Shown here piece after piece: positions 8,685 through 19,013 of a stretch of DNA of 48,552 nucleotides; positions within the stretch are counted from its first letter, which is position 1, and every line of letters starts with the position of its first letter. This stretch comes from a virus. The stretch is from UHGV virus genome UHGV-0142349; one strand, given 5' to 3'. A program made the position numbers and the translations under genes. A model generated the notes under the pieces. The model saw only the letters and a list, made by a program, of their open reading frames with translations. It did not search any database and was not told where the DNA came from.

Positions 8685-9275
8685 ATGGCTCTAAAAATCG
8701 AATATTTACCAGTCGGTAAGCTGCTCAGATACGCCAAAAATTCACGGACTCATTCAGATGAGCAAGTTGAACAGTTGGTGAACAGTATCCGTGAGTTCGG
8801 TTTCACTAATCCTGTGCTGATCGATGAAAAGAATGAACTGATTGCGGGGCATGGGCGGCTTGCAGCAGCCGAAATTCTGGAAATGGATAAAGTTCCAGCG
8901 ATTCGGTTGAGTAACCTTTCTGAAAAACAGAAGAAGGCTTACAGGATTGCAGATAACAAGCTGGCCTTAAATGCTGGCTGGGATATGCAGCTTCTGGCCG
9001 AAGAAGTCAAAGCGTTAATGGATGATGATTTTGATATTGATCTGCTTGGGTTTAATGATGCAGAGCTTGACGAAATGTTAAGCGATGAACAGCCGCAGGA
9101 AGAAGACGATAATTCTTCCCCTGTTGTTCAAATTAAGTACCTGGCTATTGATAAAGAACGTATTCCCGCGACGGATATGGAAATTGCATTGTTGCTGGAT
9201 GTTTATCGTCAGTACCACGACGCGCATGAAACGCATGAGGGATTTGTTCAGTATCTTGCTAATGGTTGCAAGTAA
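8685..9275 (+). CDS. ParB-like nuclease domain protein (paralog 2)
   Basis: NSRTHSDEQVEQLV, IAGHGRLAAA, KKAYRIADNKLALNAGWD; collinear with 5395..6018 product. Confidence 0.65.
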   Translation: MALKIEYLPVGKLLRYAKNSRTHSDEQVEQLVNSIREFGFTNPVLIDEKNELIAGHGRLAAAEILEMDKVPAIRLSNLSEKQKKAYRIADNKLALNAGWDMQLLAEEVKALMDDDFDIDLLGFNDAELDEMLSDEQPQEEDDNSSPVVQIKYLAIDKERIPATDMEIALLLDVYRQYHDAHETHEGFVQYLANGCK

Positions 9276-9826
9276 TGGCCATCGTCAGTAAGTCAGAGTT
9301 TGCCCGCCGAAAAGGTATTTCTCCGGCAATGGTTACGAAGCTCTGTCGTTCCGGTCGCATTCCAGTGCTGAAAAGCGGCAAGCTGGATTTTGATAAAGCT
9401 AGTGCGGCTTATGAAGCGAGCCGACAGGTTGGTCGTGAGGTATCTGCTGAAAATGGAAAAAGAGGGCATGGGATATCTTCGGAACAACCAGAGTTACCCG
9501 CTGATGATGCCGGATTAGCTGGTGGTACTTCCGGTGTTGCGGTGCAATTCAACAAGGCTAAGACCGCAGAAAAAATTTATCAGGCAAAGCTGAAACGCCT
9601 TGAATTTGAAGAAAAGGAAGGCTCTCTCATCGCTAAAGATGCGGTCAGGGATGATGCATTTCTGGCAGCTAATGAATTGCGTAGCCGCTTATTTAGTATT
9701 GCTCCAAGAGCAGCTCCCCGTTGTGAAGGCAAAACAGCCAGGGAGATCGAACGCATTATTGAAGACGAGATTAATTTTGCGCTTCAGGCGCTCCAGGAAT
9801 CCCGATTTATTAAGCAGGAAGAATAA
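9266..9826 (+). CDS. terminase small subunit (lambda Nu1-like)
   Basis: N-terminal HTH-like segment, directly upstream of gpA-like large terminase. Confidence 0.55.
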   Translation: MQVMAIVSKSEFARRKGISPAMVTKLCRSGRIPVLKSGKLDFDKASAAYEASRQVGREVSAENGKRGHGISSEQPELPADDAGLAGGTSGVAVQFNKAKTAEKIYQAKLKRLEFEEKEGSLIAKDAVRDDAFLAANELRSRLFSIAPRAAPRCEGKTAREIERIIEDEINFALQALQESRFIKQEE

Positions 9827-9831
9827 ACCTC

Positions 9832-11688
9832 ATGGGCGAAACAGTATGGAGCACCGCTTTTTTCCGTGCGCTTCGCCCTAAATCACGGCTAACTGTTTCC
9901 GAATGGGCTGATAAGTATCGTCATGTAGCGCCGGGAACGTCTCCAGAGCCAGGGCCGTGGCGTACAAGCCGAGTGCCATATTTGCGTGAACCAATGGATG
10001 TTATTGGTGACGCTGATACAGAAACAGTAGTGATGCAATGTAGCTCGCAAATTGGTAAATCCGAATTACAGCTAAATGTTATGGGTTACTTTGCAGATCA
10101 GGAGCCATCTCCTCAGTTGATGATTTATCCAACGGTAGAGGCGGCTGAGGCTTTTTCAAAAGAGCGTATTGATCCGACGTTCAAATATTCCCCTGGTTTG
10201 AAACACAAGCTGCATGAAGGGAAAGAGGGGCGCGGTGCAGCCAAAAAGTCCAGCACGACTATACGTATGAAGCATTACGCTGGTGGATATATAGCACTTG
10301 TTGGTGCTAATTCCCCAGCAGGTCTTGCATCCAGGCCAATTCGAATACTGTTAGCTGATGAGATTGATCGTTACGGTGTGACGCAGGAGGGCGACCCACT
10401 AAAACTAGGTATTCAGCGTACTACCAACTTTCATAATCGTAAGAAGGTTTTTGTTTCTACTCCTGTTTTGGAGGAAACGAGCAAAATCCACAAGTGGTTT
10501 AAGCTCTCCGATCAGCGTTACTACCATGTTCCTTGCCCATGTTGTGGCACCATGCAGGTGATGAAATGGTCGCAAGTCAGATGGGATAAGAGCGATTCAG
10601 GTGAGGCGTTACCGGAAACGGCCAGATATGAGTGCTGTGAGTGCGGCGGGATTATGCGCGGATCTGGTAAACCAGACGTTGATTGGTTGGCGAAGGGGGT
10701 ATGGATAGCTGAACATACTGGAGTTAAAGGTATTGTTGGTTTTCATATTAACAGTCTTTACTCCCCGTGGGTTGCATTGTCAGAGCTGGTTGAAGAATTT
10801 GCGGAAGCAACCAGAAACCGCGATAAAAATGGATTAATGGAGTTTATTAACCTTAAGCTGGGTGAGCCATGGAAAGAGGATGCTAAAGACGATATCGATC
10901 CTGAATACTTGTTGCAACGCAGAATAAGGTTTGAAGAGTTTTTACCAGATGATGTTTTATTGTTAAGTGCTGGTGTTGACGTACAGGACACGTATTTAGT
11001 TTGTGAATTGGTCGGTTGGGGAAAAGGTAAGGAGTCATGGGGGATAGAATATAAAATATTCCCAGGTGATCCCGCACAAGATGTTGTCTGGAAACAACTT
11101 GATGAATACTTACTCCGTAGCTGGTCATTCCGTGACGGTCGAAAATTACAGATTTCTTCCGTTTGTATTGACTCTGGTGGGCATTTTACGACAGAGGTAT
11201 ATCGCTTTACTAAGCCGAGAGAATCAAGGCGAATATACTCTATCAGGGGGCGTGGTGGGGTAGGTTTACCATTTATAGGAAAGCCAAGTAATAATAACCG
11301 TGTGGGTGCTATGTTGTTTAATTTGGGGGTTGATGATGGTAAAGGGACCATCATGGCAAGAATTAAACTACATGATCCTGGTCCTGGTTATATGCATTTC
11401 CCATTAGATTCTGACAGAGGATATGATACCGAATACTTTAAAGGATTATTATCAGAGAAGAAAATATTTGAATATAAAAATGGGCAGACAAAAGAAAAGT
11501 GGGTGAAAGTCTACGAGCGTAACGAGCCTCTTGATTGCCGTAACTATGCAACTGCCGCGATGGAAATTCTGAACCCTAATTTTAACTGGCTTGCCGAACA
11601 GGAAATGCGAGGTAATGTGTATGTGCAGAACTCGTCAGGTATACGTAGAAGACGCCGTAGAGTTATAAGTAAAGGCGTAACCATATAG
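9832..11688 (+). CDS. terminase large subunit (lambda gpA-like)
   Basis: 618 aa; N-terminal region resembles GpA terminases; position before gpW and portal. Confidence 0.85.
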   Translation: MGETVWSTAFFRALRPKSRLTVSEWADKYRHVAPGTSPEPGPWRTSRVPYLREPMDVIGDADTETVVMQCSSQIGKSELQLNVMGYFADQEPSPQLMIYPTVEAAEAFSKERIDPTFKYSPGLKHKLHEGKEGRGAAKKSSTTIRMKHYAGGYIALVGANSPAGLASRPIRILLADEIDRYGVTQEGDPLKLGIQRTTNFHNRKKVFVSTPVLEETSKIHKWFKLSDQRYYHVPCPCCGTMQVMKWSQVRWDKSDSGEALPETARYECCECGGIMRGSGKPDVDWLAKGVWIAEHTGVKGIVGFHINSLYSPWVALSELVEEFAEATRNRDKNGLMEFINLKLGEPWKEDAKDDIDPEYLLQRRIRFEEFLPDDVLLLSAGVDVQDTYLVCELVGWGKGKESWGIEYKIFPGDPAQDVVWKQLDEYLLRSWSFRDGRKLQISSVCIDSGGHFTTEVYRFTKPRESRRIYSIRGRGGVGLPFIGKPSNNNRVGAMLFNLGVDDGKGTIMARIKLHDPGPGYMHFPLDSDRGYDTEYFKGLLSEKKIFEYKNGQTKEKWVKVYERNEPLDCRNYATAAMEILNPNFNWLAEQEMRGNVYVQNSSGIRRRRRRVISKGVTI

Positions 11689-11699
11689 AGGAAATATAA

Positions 11700-11939
11700 A
11701 TGAACAATGAAGCATTTTCTCTGACTGAAGCCAGAGAGATGTTATCTGTCTGGCGGGAAGCATATCGCGCTATTGCTATTGGCGGTCAGTCATATAAATT
11801 TGGTACGCGGCAGTTAACTCGTGCGGATTTATCAGAAGTCAGAAAAGAGATGGATTACTGGCGTAATGAAGTAGAAAGATTATCAGCAGGTATACGCCGA
11901 GGCCCACGAATTAAACGAGTGGTGATAAGAGATTTATGA
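11700..11939 (+). CDS. head-tail joining protein (gpW-like)
   Basis: 79 aa between terminase and portal, as lambda W. Confidence 0.6.
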   Translation: MNNEAFSLTEAREMLSVWREAYRAIAIGGQSYKFGTRQLTRADLSEVRKEMDYWRNEVERLSAGIRRGPRIKRVVIRDL

Positions 11940-13510
11940 ATATTCTTGATCGAGTTATTGCGCCGTTTTCACCTCAGAGGGCATTAAATCGAGCTTTGGC
12001 AAGAAAACGGTTAGAAGCACTTGAAGGTATTAATAACCTTGGATATTCACGTCATGGTGCAAGCACTCATAAAAAATCATTAAGGGGTTGGTTTAGTAAA
12101 GCTGGTTCTCCTGATGATGATATTGTTAAAAATATAGATAAATTGCGTGAGCGTTCTCGTGATCTCTTCATGGGAAACCCGCTATCGGTTGGCGCAATAA
12201 AAACTATCAGGACAAACGTTGTTGGTTCCGGTTTAAAACTAAATGCGAACATTGATGCCGATTTCTTGGGGATGACGCAGGAAGAAGCGCGAGCATGGGA
12301 AAAGCATGTTGAGCGTGAGTTTAGATTATGGGCTGATTCTCCAAATTGTGATGCATCAAGAATGTGTACTTTTGGACAATTGCAATCATTGGTCCAAATA
12401 TCTGCGTTAACATCTGGCGATATATTTGCTGCGCTACCAGTTATTAAGCGTAAGGGTGTTATATATGATTTGTGCGTCTATTTAATTGAAGGTGATCGTG
12501 TTTGCAATCCAGAGGATCGTTTTATACCAAATCTTTACGGTGGCGTAGAGGTTGGTGAATTTAGCGAGCCTGTGGCGTACTGGGTTGCAAAACATCACCC
12601 AGCCGGGACTTCTGGTTTTGTAACCCGCAAGTGGGAACGTATTCCCGCATATGGGAGTAAAACAGGAAGAAGAAATATTCTGCATGTCATGCAGGATTTT
12701 GAAAGGCCTGGGCAACGCCGTGGCGTTCCTGTACTTGCTCCTGTTATTGAAGCATTGAAGCAGTTAGGACGATACACCGATGCTGAATTGGTTGCTGCGG
12801 TTGTGTCAGGGATGTTTACTGTCTTTATTAAAACAGACGCTCCTGATGGACCAGTCGGTGAATCGGGTATCCCTCAGTACGAGCAGATCGATAACCATGA
12901 TGATAACACCCAAGAAATGGGGAATGGCTCCATAGTAAGTTTGGGTGAAGGTGAGTCGATAGATACAGCAAATCCCGGGCGACCAAATACGGCATTTGAT
13001 GGTTTTGTTGTCGCCATATGCCGTCAAATTGGGGCTGCTTTAGAACTCCCTTACGAACTCTTGGTAAAGCATTTTACAGCAAGTTATAGCGCTAGCAGGG
13101 CCGCATTACTTGAAGCCTGGAAAATGTTCCGTATGCGACGTGACTGGATGGTTCAGTCATTTTGCCAACCGATCTATGAGGAATGGTTGGCCGAAGCCGT
13201 TGCTAAAGGTCGTGTTATTGCCCCTGGTTTTTTTTATGGGCCTGAATATCGCGCTGCATGGAGTGGCGCTCAATGGTATGGCCCATCACAAGGCCAATTA
13301 GATCCCCTTAAAGAAGTCAAAGCTGCAAAACTGCGTGTTGAGGAAACATTCTCTACCCGTGAAAAGGAAGCGGCTGAAATGTCAGGTCTTAACTGGGAAG
13401 AAACCGCACAAATTTGTGGCAGAGAAGAGAATGCTCGCCGTGAGTTGGGGCTGATTACGCCTCCTGTTTCTGAGGTAAATGAACAAAATATGGAGACAGA
13501 TGATGCCTAA
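11936..13510 (+). CDS. portal protein (lambda gpB family)
   Basis: 524 aa, position after W and before protease. Confidence 0.8.
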   Translation: MNILDRVIAPFSPQRALNRALARKRLEALEGINNLGYSRHGASTHKKSLRGWFSKAGSPDDDIVKNIDKLRERSRDLFMGNPLSVGAIKTIRTNVVGSGLKLNANIDADFLGMTQEEARAWEKHVEREFRLWADSPNCDASRMCTFGQLQSLVQISALTSGDIFAALPVIKRKGVIYDLCVYLIEGDRVCNPEDRFIPNLYGGVEVGEFSEPVAYWVAKHHPAGTSGFVTRKWERIPAYGSKTGRRNILHVMQDFERPGQRRGVPVLAPVIEALKQLGRYTDAELVAAVVSGMFTVFIKTDAPDGPVGESGIPQYEQIDNHDDNTQEMGNGSIVSLGEGESIDTANPGRPNTAFDGFVVAICRQIGAALELPYELLVKHFTASYSASRAALLEAWKMFRMRRDWMVQSFCQPIYEEWLAEAVAKGRVIAPGFFYGPEYRAAWSGAQWYGPSQGQLDPLKEVKAAKLRVEETFSTREKEAAEMSGLNWEETAQICGREENARRELGLITPPVSEVNEQNMETDDA

Positions 13511-14567
13511 TTGGTGGGAAATAAAAAATAGCACGGGTGAAGATGACTCTCCGGCTGAACTTTTAATCTACGGATATATTGGCGAATTTGATGAGGTTTC
13601 TTCTTCTGACATAGTTAATAAATTAAAGGATATATCATCAAATGCTATCAACGTAAAAATTAATAGTTATGGTGGTTCTGTTTTTACTGCTCAAGCTATT
13701 CTTTCTTCATTAAAACGTCATAAGGCTAATATTACTGTTTATATTGATGGTATTGCTGCATCGGCTGCAACCATTATTGCAATGGCAGGTGATAAAGTTG
13801 TTATCCCATCTAATGCTATGATGATGATCCATAATCCGTGGACATTTGCTGCTGGTGATGCGGATGAACTACGTGATATTGCTGAGATGATGGATAAGAT
13901 ACGAGATAGTATTTTATCTGCATATAAGGAGAAAACAGGGCTTTCTGAGGATAAATTAATTGAACTAATGGATCAGGAAACATGGCTAAATGCAGAAGAG
14001 GCTGTAGAGCTTGGATTTGCTGACGAAGTTGAAAAACCAATGCGCTTATCCGCTTCTATAAAGGAAGGGATGCTTTCGCTCAATGGAATAACTTTTGAAG
14101 CATCAAGGTTTTCAAAATTACCTGATTCGCTCGCAAAGTTGCCACAAAATAAAAATGAATTATCTACTGAATTAAATGAACAAAATGAGGACGATGTTGT
14201 GACTCTTGATGAATTAAAAAATAAACATCCAGAATTATACAATCAGGTTTTTAATGCTGGTAAAGACGAGGGCGTTAAATCAGAACGCGAGCGCATTGAA
14301 ACAATCGAGAATAGCGTAATTCCAGGTCATGACGACCTGGTTAAGAATGCAAAATTCAAAACGGGAATTTCTGCGGCTGAACTTGCTTTGGAAATTATGA
14401 ATGCAGAGCGAGCGCGTAACAAAAACTTTCTTAATCAACGGCAAGAAGACGCAAATGAGGTGAATGATTCAGTTGATGTTAATCAACCAGAAAACAACGG
14501 CGATAAACAAGCTGAAGTAGTAAAAAATGTTATTGGGTCAGTATTCAAAAACCGCGATAAAAATTAA
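13479..14567 (+). CDS. head maturation protease (ClpP/S49-like) with C-terminal scaffold-like region
   Basis: ClpP-like motifs INSYGGSVF and IDGIAASAATIIAMAGD; true start may be the internal Met at 13503. Confidence 0.75.
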   Translation: MNKIWRQMMPNWWEIKNSTGEDDSPAELLIYGYIGEFDEVSSSDIVNKLKDISSNAINVKINSYGGSVFTAQAILSSLKRHKANITVYIDGIAASAATIIAMAGDKVVIPSNAMMMIHNPWTFAAGDADELRDIAEMMDKIRDSILSAYKEKTGLSEDKLIELMDQETWLNAEEAVELGFADEVEKPMRLSASIKEGMLSLNGITFEASRFSKLPDSLAKLPQNKNELSTELNEQNEDDVVTLDELKNKHPELYNQVFNAGKDEGVKSERERIETIENSVIPGHDDLVKNAKFKTGISAAELALEIMNAERARNKNFLNQRQEDANEVNDSVDVNQPENNGDKQAEVVKNVIGSVFKNRDKN

Positions 14568-14576
14568 GGTGAGTTT

Positions 14577-14960
14577 ATGCGAGAGTCTTTTTCATTTGAA
14601 CCAGATAATCTGATTATTTCTGGTGGTATGCCAGCAATTACAACAAGTATTAAACTTGCCAGCGGTAAAGTAAATCGAGGTGAGTTGCTTGCTTTTGTCA
14701 GTATTGATCAGACAACAAATGTTGTCACTGTGGCACCAATAAATCTCTCTGGTGAGGGGGTGGCAAAAGAACCGTATTGTATCGCTCAACATAGTATTGA
14801 TGCGACTGATTCAGCGCAAGTTGGAACAGCATGGCTGACCGGAATGTTCAATGCACATGCGGTTATCCTTCCTGAATCAGCAAAGATTGCCGATGTATAT
14901 CTGGCTTGCCGGAAGGTTGGGATATTCCTTAATACCGCACAACAAAATCCATCTGCATAA
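14577..14960 (+). CDS. head decoration protein (gpD-like)
   Basis: 127 aa directly upstream of major capsid gene. Confidence 0.6.
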   Translation: MRESFSFEPDNLIISGGMPAITTSIKLASGKVNRGELLAFVSIDQTTNVVTVAPINLSGEGVAKEPYCIAQHSIDATDSAQVGTAWLTGMFNAHAVILPESAKIADVYLACRKVGIFLNTAQQNPSA

Positions 14961-14980
14961 TATAAAGAGGTCGTATTTTT

Positions 14981-16024
14981 ATGTCGAATATTGATATTTT
15001 TGAACGACGTACAATGCTTGAGCCTGTTATTCAGAATTTCAAGGCTCGTCGTTTTCTTCTTCGTACCTTTTTTCCTGGTGTTCAGACCTTTAATACAAAG
15101 AAAGTTGATCTGGATTTTGTTCGCGGTGGCCGTACTATGGCTCCGTTTGTTGGTAAAGGTTTTGGCTCAAAAACCGTTGAGCGACGCGGCTTTGTAACGA
15201 GAACTCTGGAGCCACCACTTGTTGCACCTGATTTGGTAACAACAGCCGAGCTGCTTTTAAACAGGCTTCCGGGTGAGAATATTTACAACGCAAAATCGCC
15301 AGCAGAACGAGCCGCCGCGCAATTAGGTAAAGATTTGCTTGAGCTTGATGAAATGGTTAACCGCCGTGAAGAATGGATGTGTGCACAAGTCTTGTTTACG
15401 GGGCAGGTTGATATTGTTGGTGAAGGAGTGGATGACACAGTTTATTTTTGGCCTGAAGAGGAAGGAGATAAACCATATCTTGAACTGACAGGTGATGATT
15501 TATGGAGCGCAGCAAAATCAGATCCGTTGGTCAATGTTCGCAACTGGAAACGTCGGGTATCACTAACTTCAGGTTTTACACCTCGTGTTGCCGTAATGGG
15601 CGCAAAAGTTGTTGATGCCTTCGTTAAAAATGAAGCAGTAACTAAATATCTTGATAATCGCCGAAAAGAGCTTGGGTATATTGAGCCTAAGGAGTTAGAA
15701 GAAGGCGTAACTCATTATGGCAATCTTGAAGGTGTCGATTTTTATGGTTACGACGAACTTATTCGCAATGATAAAACAGGAAAACCAGAACCATTAGTAC
15801 CGGAAGATAAGATCCTCTTTGGCTCTCCTGGTCGAGGAACGATGCTGTATGGTGCTGTAGAGCTTGTAGATGACGCCGAAAAGACTCTGACGATTGTTGA
15901 GTCGCCACGAGTTCCAGACACCTGGGTAACTCGTAAGCCGGCTGGCCGTTATGTTGCCATGAAGTCATCTCCACTGCCTAATCCTGGTGTGGCTGATGCC
16001 TATCTGGTGGCTAAGGTGGTTTAA
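14981..16024 (+). CDS. major capsid protein (lambda gpE-like)
   Basis: 347 aa, position after decoration protein. Confidence 0.8.
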   Translation: MSNIDIFERRTMLEPVIQNFKARRFLLRTFFPGVQTFNTKKVDLDFVRGGRTMAPFVGKGFGSKTVERRGFVTRTLEPPLVAPDLVTTAELLLNRLPGENIYNAKSPAERAAAQLGKDLLELDEMVNRREEWMCAQVLFTGQVDIVGEGVDDTVYFWPEEEGDKPYLELTGDDLWSAAKSDPLVNVRNWKRRVSLTSGFTPRVAVMGAKVVDAFVKNEAVTKYLDNRRKELGYIEPKELEEGVTHYGNLEGVDFYGYDELIRNDKTGKPEPLVPEDKILFGSPGRGTMLYGAVELVDDAEKTLTIVESPRVPDTWVTRKPAGRYVAMKSSPLPNPGVADAYLVAKVV

Positions 16025-16417
16025 ATGGCCAGACTGATTAAAAACATTGATACGATAAGCCACGGCTCGCTAAAAGCGGGCCGTTTGCTTAATGGGCTAA
16101 TGGATAACTCCAGAATTGCCGAACTGATTGCGTCAGGACATGCTATTGCCACCGAAGAGGATGGTGATTTGGCATCGGCTGGGGGCTATGATGCTGCTAA
16201 GTTAGCTTTTGAGCATGGATACGCATCTGCTGTTAATGATGCTGTGGACGCGGGGTTGATTACGCGAACGGAGGCGGGTAGCTGTGTATTCGAGGTTGAG
16301 TTTGAGGATGATGGCGGCAATGAGGAAATGGTTGCTGATGATTCATCTGAATCTGTAGCTACTTCTGATACCAGTAATGCGAAAAAATCAACGCAAAAAA
16401 AAGGTAATAATAAGTAA
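16025..16417 (+). CDS. hypothetical head-associated protein
   Basis: 130 aa, acidic C-terminus. Confidence 0.4.
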   Translation: MARLIKNIDTISHGSLKAGRLLNGLMDNSRIAELIASGHAIATEEDGDLASAGGYDAAKLAFEHGYASAVNDAVDAGLITRTEAGSCVFEVEFEDDGGNEEMVADDSSESVATSDTSNAKKSTQKKGNNK

Positions 16418-16761
16418 TGAACTCCTTCAAAGAGGTTATAGCGCAAGATATTTCTGCAATATTCCTCAATGAAAAAGAGTTTGCCGATACATATAACATA
16501 GACGGCAAGGATATCCTTGCCGTTATTGATACAGACCTTATTCATGAGCGTAATAAACGCTCATATGCTGAGTTTGCAGAGGGAATAAATCAGGGGCAAA
16601 TAATATTATTTGTTTCAAGAAAAGATTTTCCTGTTCTCCCTGTCAAAGACCAGTCAATGAAAATCAACGGTAAAAATTATATTGTTGATGAAGTATCAGA
16701 TAATGTTGGTGTATTGGAAATAACTCTCACTGTTAATACTAACAGAGGAATGCCGATTTGA
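16417..16761 (+). CDS. putative head-tail connector/completion protein
   Basis: Position between capsid and tail sheath genes. Confidence 0.35.
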   Translation: MNSFKEVIAQDISAIFLNEKEFADTYNIDGKDILAVIDTDLIHERNKRSYAEFAEGINQGQIILFVSRKDFPVLPVKDQSMKINGKNYIVDEVSDNVGVLEITLTVNTNRGMPI

Positions 16762-17243
16762 TTAATCTTTTGATAGATGCAATAAAAAATCGGTTGGAAC
16801 ATGAGGTTTTCCATGATTTATTAGTGCAGGGGCCTCCTTATGATGAAACAGATAGCGATATTAAATTGTTTGTTCCAACAATATTTAAAGGGTACTTGCC
16901 TCCTAAATCACAACCATCTCCAGATAAACCGCCAGAATTTCCTCATGTGATTATCAGACCCACGGAAGGAGGAATGCAGCCTGAAACGGATGAAGTTAAG
17001 GTTAAGTTTCTTCTAGGTGGTTTTTGTGAGGACCATACTGGATATGAATGGGTAATGGCTCTTCTTGAAAGGATGATGTTTCATTTTCAGGAGAAGCCTT
17101 TACTTGAAGAGAAATTTCTCTTTCAGGGTGATATCAGATGGCGAATGTTTGATGATCAACCATATCCATATTGGATAACGGAAGCAACTGGAACGTGGCT
17201 AGTATTAAAGCCTCAGAATATTCAGTCTCAGGAGTTTATCTAA
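16758..17243 (+). CDS. putative neck/tail completion protein
   Basis: 161 aa, overlapping start, structural operon context. Confidence 0.35.
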   Translation: MINLLIDAIKNRLEHEVFHDLLVQGPPYDETDSDIKLFVPTIFKGYLPPKSQPSPDKPPEFPHVIIRPTEGGMQPETDEVKVKFLLGGFCEDHTGYEWVMALLERMMFHFQEKPLLEEKFLFQGDIRWRMFDDQPYPYWITEATGTWLVLKPQNIQSQEFI

Positions 17244-17534
17244 ATGGCTAATAAGAAAAGTAGTAAAGAAGATATAGAAAAGAAGGAAGATGTTGCTCAA
17301 ACATTTGTATATATAGGACCAACAATCCCTCAACTCTCAATTTTGAAGCATAAACTATTTAAGAATGGCTTATCTCCAGAGTGTAAAAAATTAATATCAC
17401 ATATTCCTGGTGCAAAGTGTTTGTTTGTGGCAACCAGTGATTTTGCAGATGCAGAAAAAAGACTTTCTGATAAAACCAGTGTCGAGTATGTAATGTACTC
17501 TAGAGTTTCTTCTTCTATCATGGAGATTAAATAA
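17244..17534 (+). CDS. hypothetical structural-module protein
   Basis: 96 aa ORF upstream of sheath. Confidence 0.35.
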   Translation: MANKKSSKEDIEKKEDVAQTFVYIGPTIPQLSILKHKLFKNGLSPECKKLISHIPGAKCLFVATSDFADAEKRLSDKTSVEYVMYSRVSSSIMEIK

Positions 17535-18997
17535 TGGGATATCGCCACGGTATTTATATATCTGAGCTGGCTACATCTATAACTCCTCCAGTACAAGTTA
17601 GTGCTGGGTTGATTGTCGCATTTGGTACAGCTCCTGTTAATCAGTTAGAAGATCCAGCCTCAGCAGTAAATAAACCTATCATTGCTTATACATACGCAGA
17701 GGCCGTATCTAAAATAGGATATAGCACAAACTTCGAGAAATATACTTTAAGCGAAGTAATTAAAGTCGCATTTGGAATATATGGTGTTGCGCCAGTTGTA
17801 TTTATCAATGTGCTTGATCCAGCAAAGCATAAGAAAGACGTAACTGATGAGGTAGTAAAACTTTCTGGCGGGAAAGGTACGCTCTCTAACGATGGTGTCT
17901 TATATAAATCTGTTGTTGTGAAAAAAGCAGATGGTGATTCGCCAGGGTTAACGGTTGATACCGATTATGTGCTGGCGCTGGATGATAATGGCTATACGGT
18001 CATTACCGCTATTAGCGGAGGAAAAATTACCGAAAAAGACGCTACTCTTAAGGTTAGTTATACGCATCTTGATCCCGGTGCCGTAACTAAAAATGACATT
18101 ATCGGTGGTGTGGATTCCAACACTAAAGCCAATACAGGGCTTGAGTTACTGTCTGATGTGTATCCCCGCTTCAAGTTGGTTCCTGGACAAGTGATTGCGC
18201 CTGGATTTAGTTCTGATAGTGAAGTTGGTCAGCTAATGGCGGCTAAAGCCGCGTTGATTAGTGAATTGTTCAAAGCAGAAGCCATAACTGATGCACCGAC
18301 CGATAAATCTACTATCAGTGATTACTCGGCTGTTCCTGAATGGAAACAGAACAATAATCACATGGCCGCTAACCAGACAGTGTGCTGGCCGATGGTGAAA
18401 CTTGGTGACAATATTTACCATCACTCAACCCATTTAGCGGCCGCAACATGCTTGCTGGATAGTCAGTATGGTGATATTCCATCACGTTCTCCGTCAAATA
18501 TAAAACTACAGATGGACGGTGCTGTACGTAAAGATGGCAGTGAAGTATGGCTTAACATTAGCCAGGCAAACTACTTAAATGGTCAGGGGATTGTAACAAG
18601 CCTTAATTTTGATGGTTGGAAATCATGGGGAAACCGTAATGCTATTTATCCAACATCTACAGACCCCAAAGACGCATTTCGTGTTTGCCGACGTATGTTT
18701 AACTGGGTGGGTAATACGTTAATTCTTTCGCATTGGTCAAAAATAGACAATCCTGCAAACCGTCGATTAATTGAATCGATTGTTACAAGTGCGAATATTT
18801 GGCTTAACGGCCTCACAGGTAATCAGGATATTGCAGGTGGTGTTGTTACCTTTGATCAGTCTGAAAACACGATTACGTCATTGATGGACGGGATTGTTAA
18901 ATTCCATGTAAAAATGACACCATTCTCACCTGCCAGAGATATAGAGTTCGTCATGGAATATAATCCTGATTATCTGCTGAACTTGTTTTCTGAATAA
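17534..18997 (+). CDS. contractile tail sheath protein
   Basis: 487 aa followed by tube and frameshifted chaperone (P2 FI/Mu L-like layout). Confidence 0.8.
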   Translation: MGYRHGIYISELATSITPPVQVSAGLIVAFGTAPVNQLEDPASAVNKPIIAYTYAEAVSKIGYSTNFEKYTLSEVIKVAFGIYGVAPVVFINVLDPAKHKKDVTDEVVKLSGGKGTLSNDGVLYKSVVVKKADGDSPGLTVDTDYVLALDDNGYTVITAISGGKITEKDATLKVSYTHLDPGAVTKNDIIGGVDSNTKANTGLELLSDVYPRFKLVPGQVIAPGFSSDSEVGQLMAAKAALISELFKAEAITDAPTDKSTISDYSAVPEWKQNNNHMAANQTVCWPMVKLGDNIYHHSTHLAAATCLLDSQYGDIPSRSPSNIKLQMDGAVRKDGSEVWLNISQANYLNGQGIVTSLNFDGWKSWGNRNAIYPTSTDPKDAFRVCRRMFNWVGNTLILSHWSKIDNPANRRLIESIVTSANIWLNGLTGNQDIAGGVVTFDQSENTITSLMDGIVKFHVKMTPFSPARDIEFVMEYNPDYLLNLFSE

Positions 18998-19013
18998 ATA
19001 ATAGGAGGTTGCT

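Noticed and set aside
10758-11354. 198-aa antisense ORF inside the large terminase gene
   Set aside because: Fully embedded antisense in a well-supported gene; low-complexity Ser/Pro-rich translation; typical shadow ORF. The same applies to other antisense track ORFs inside structural genes.
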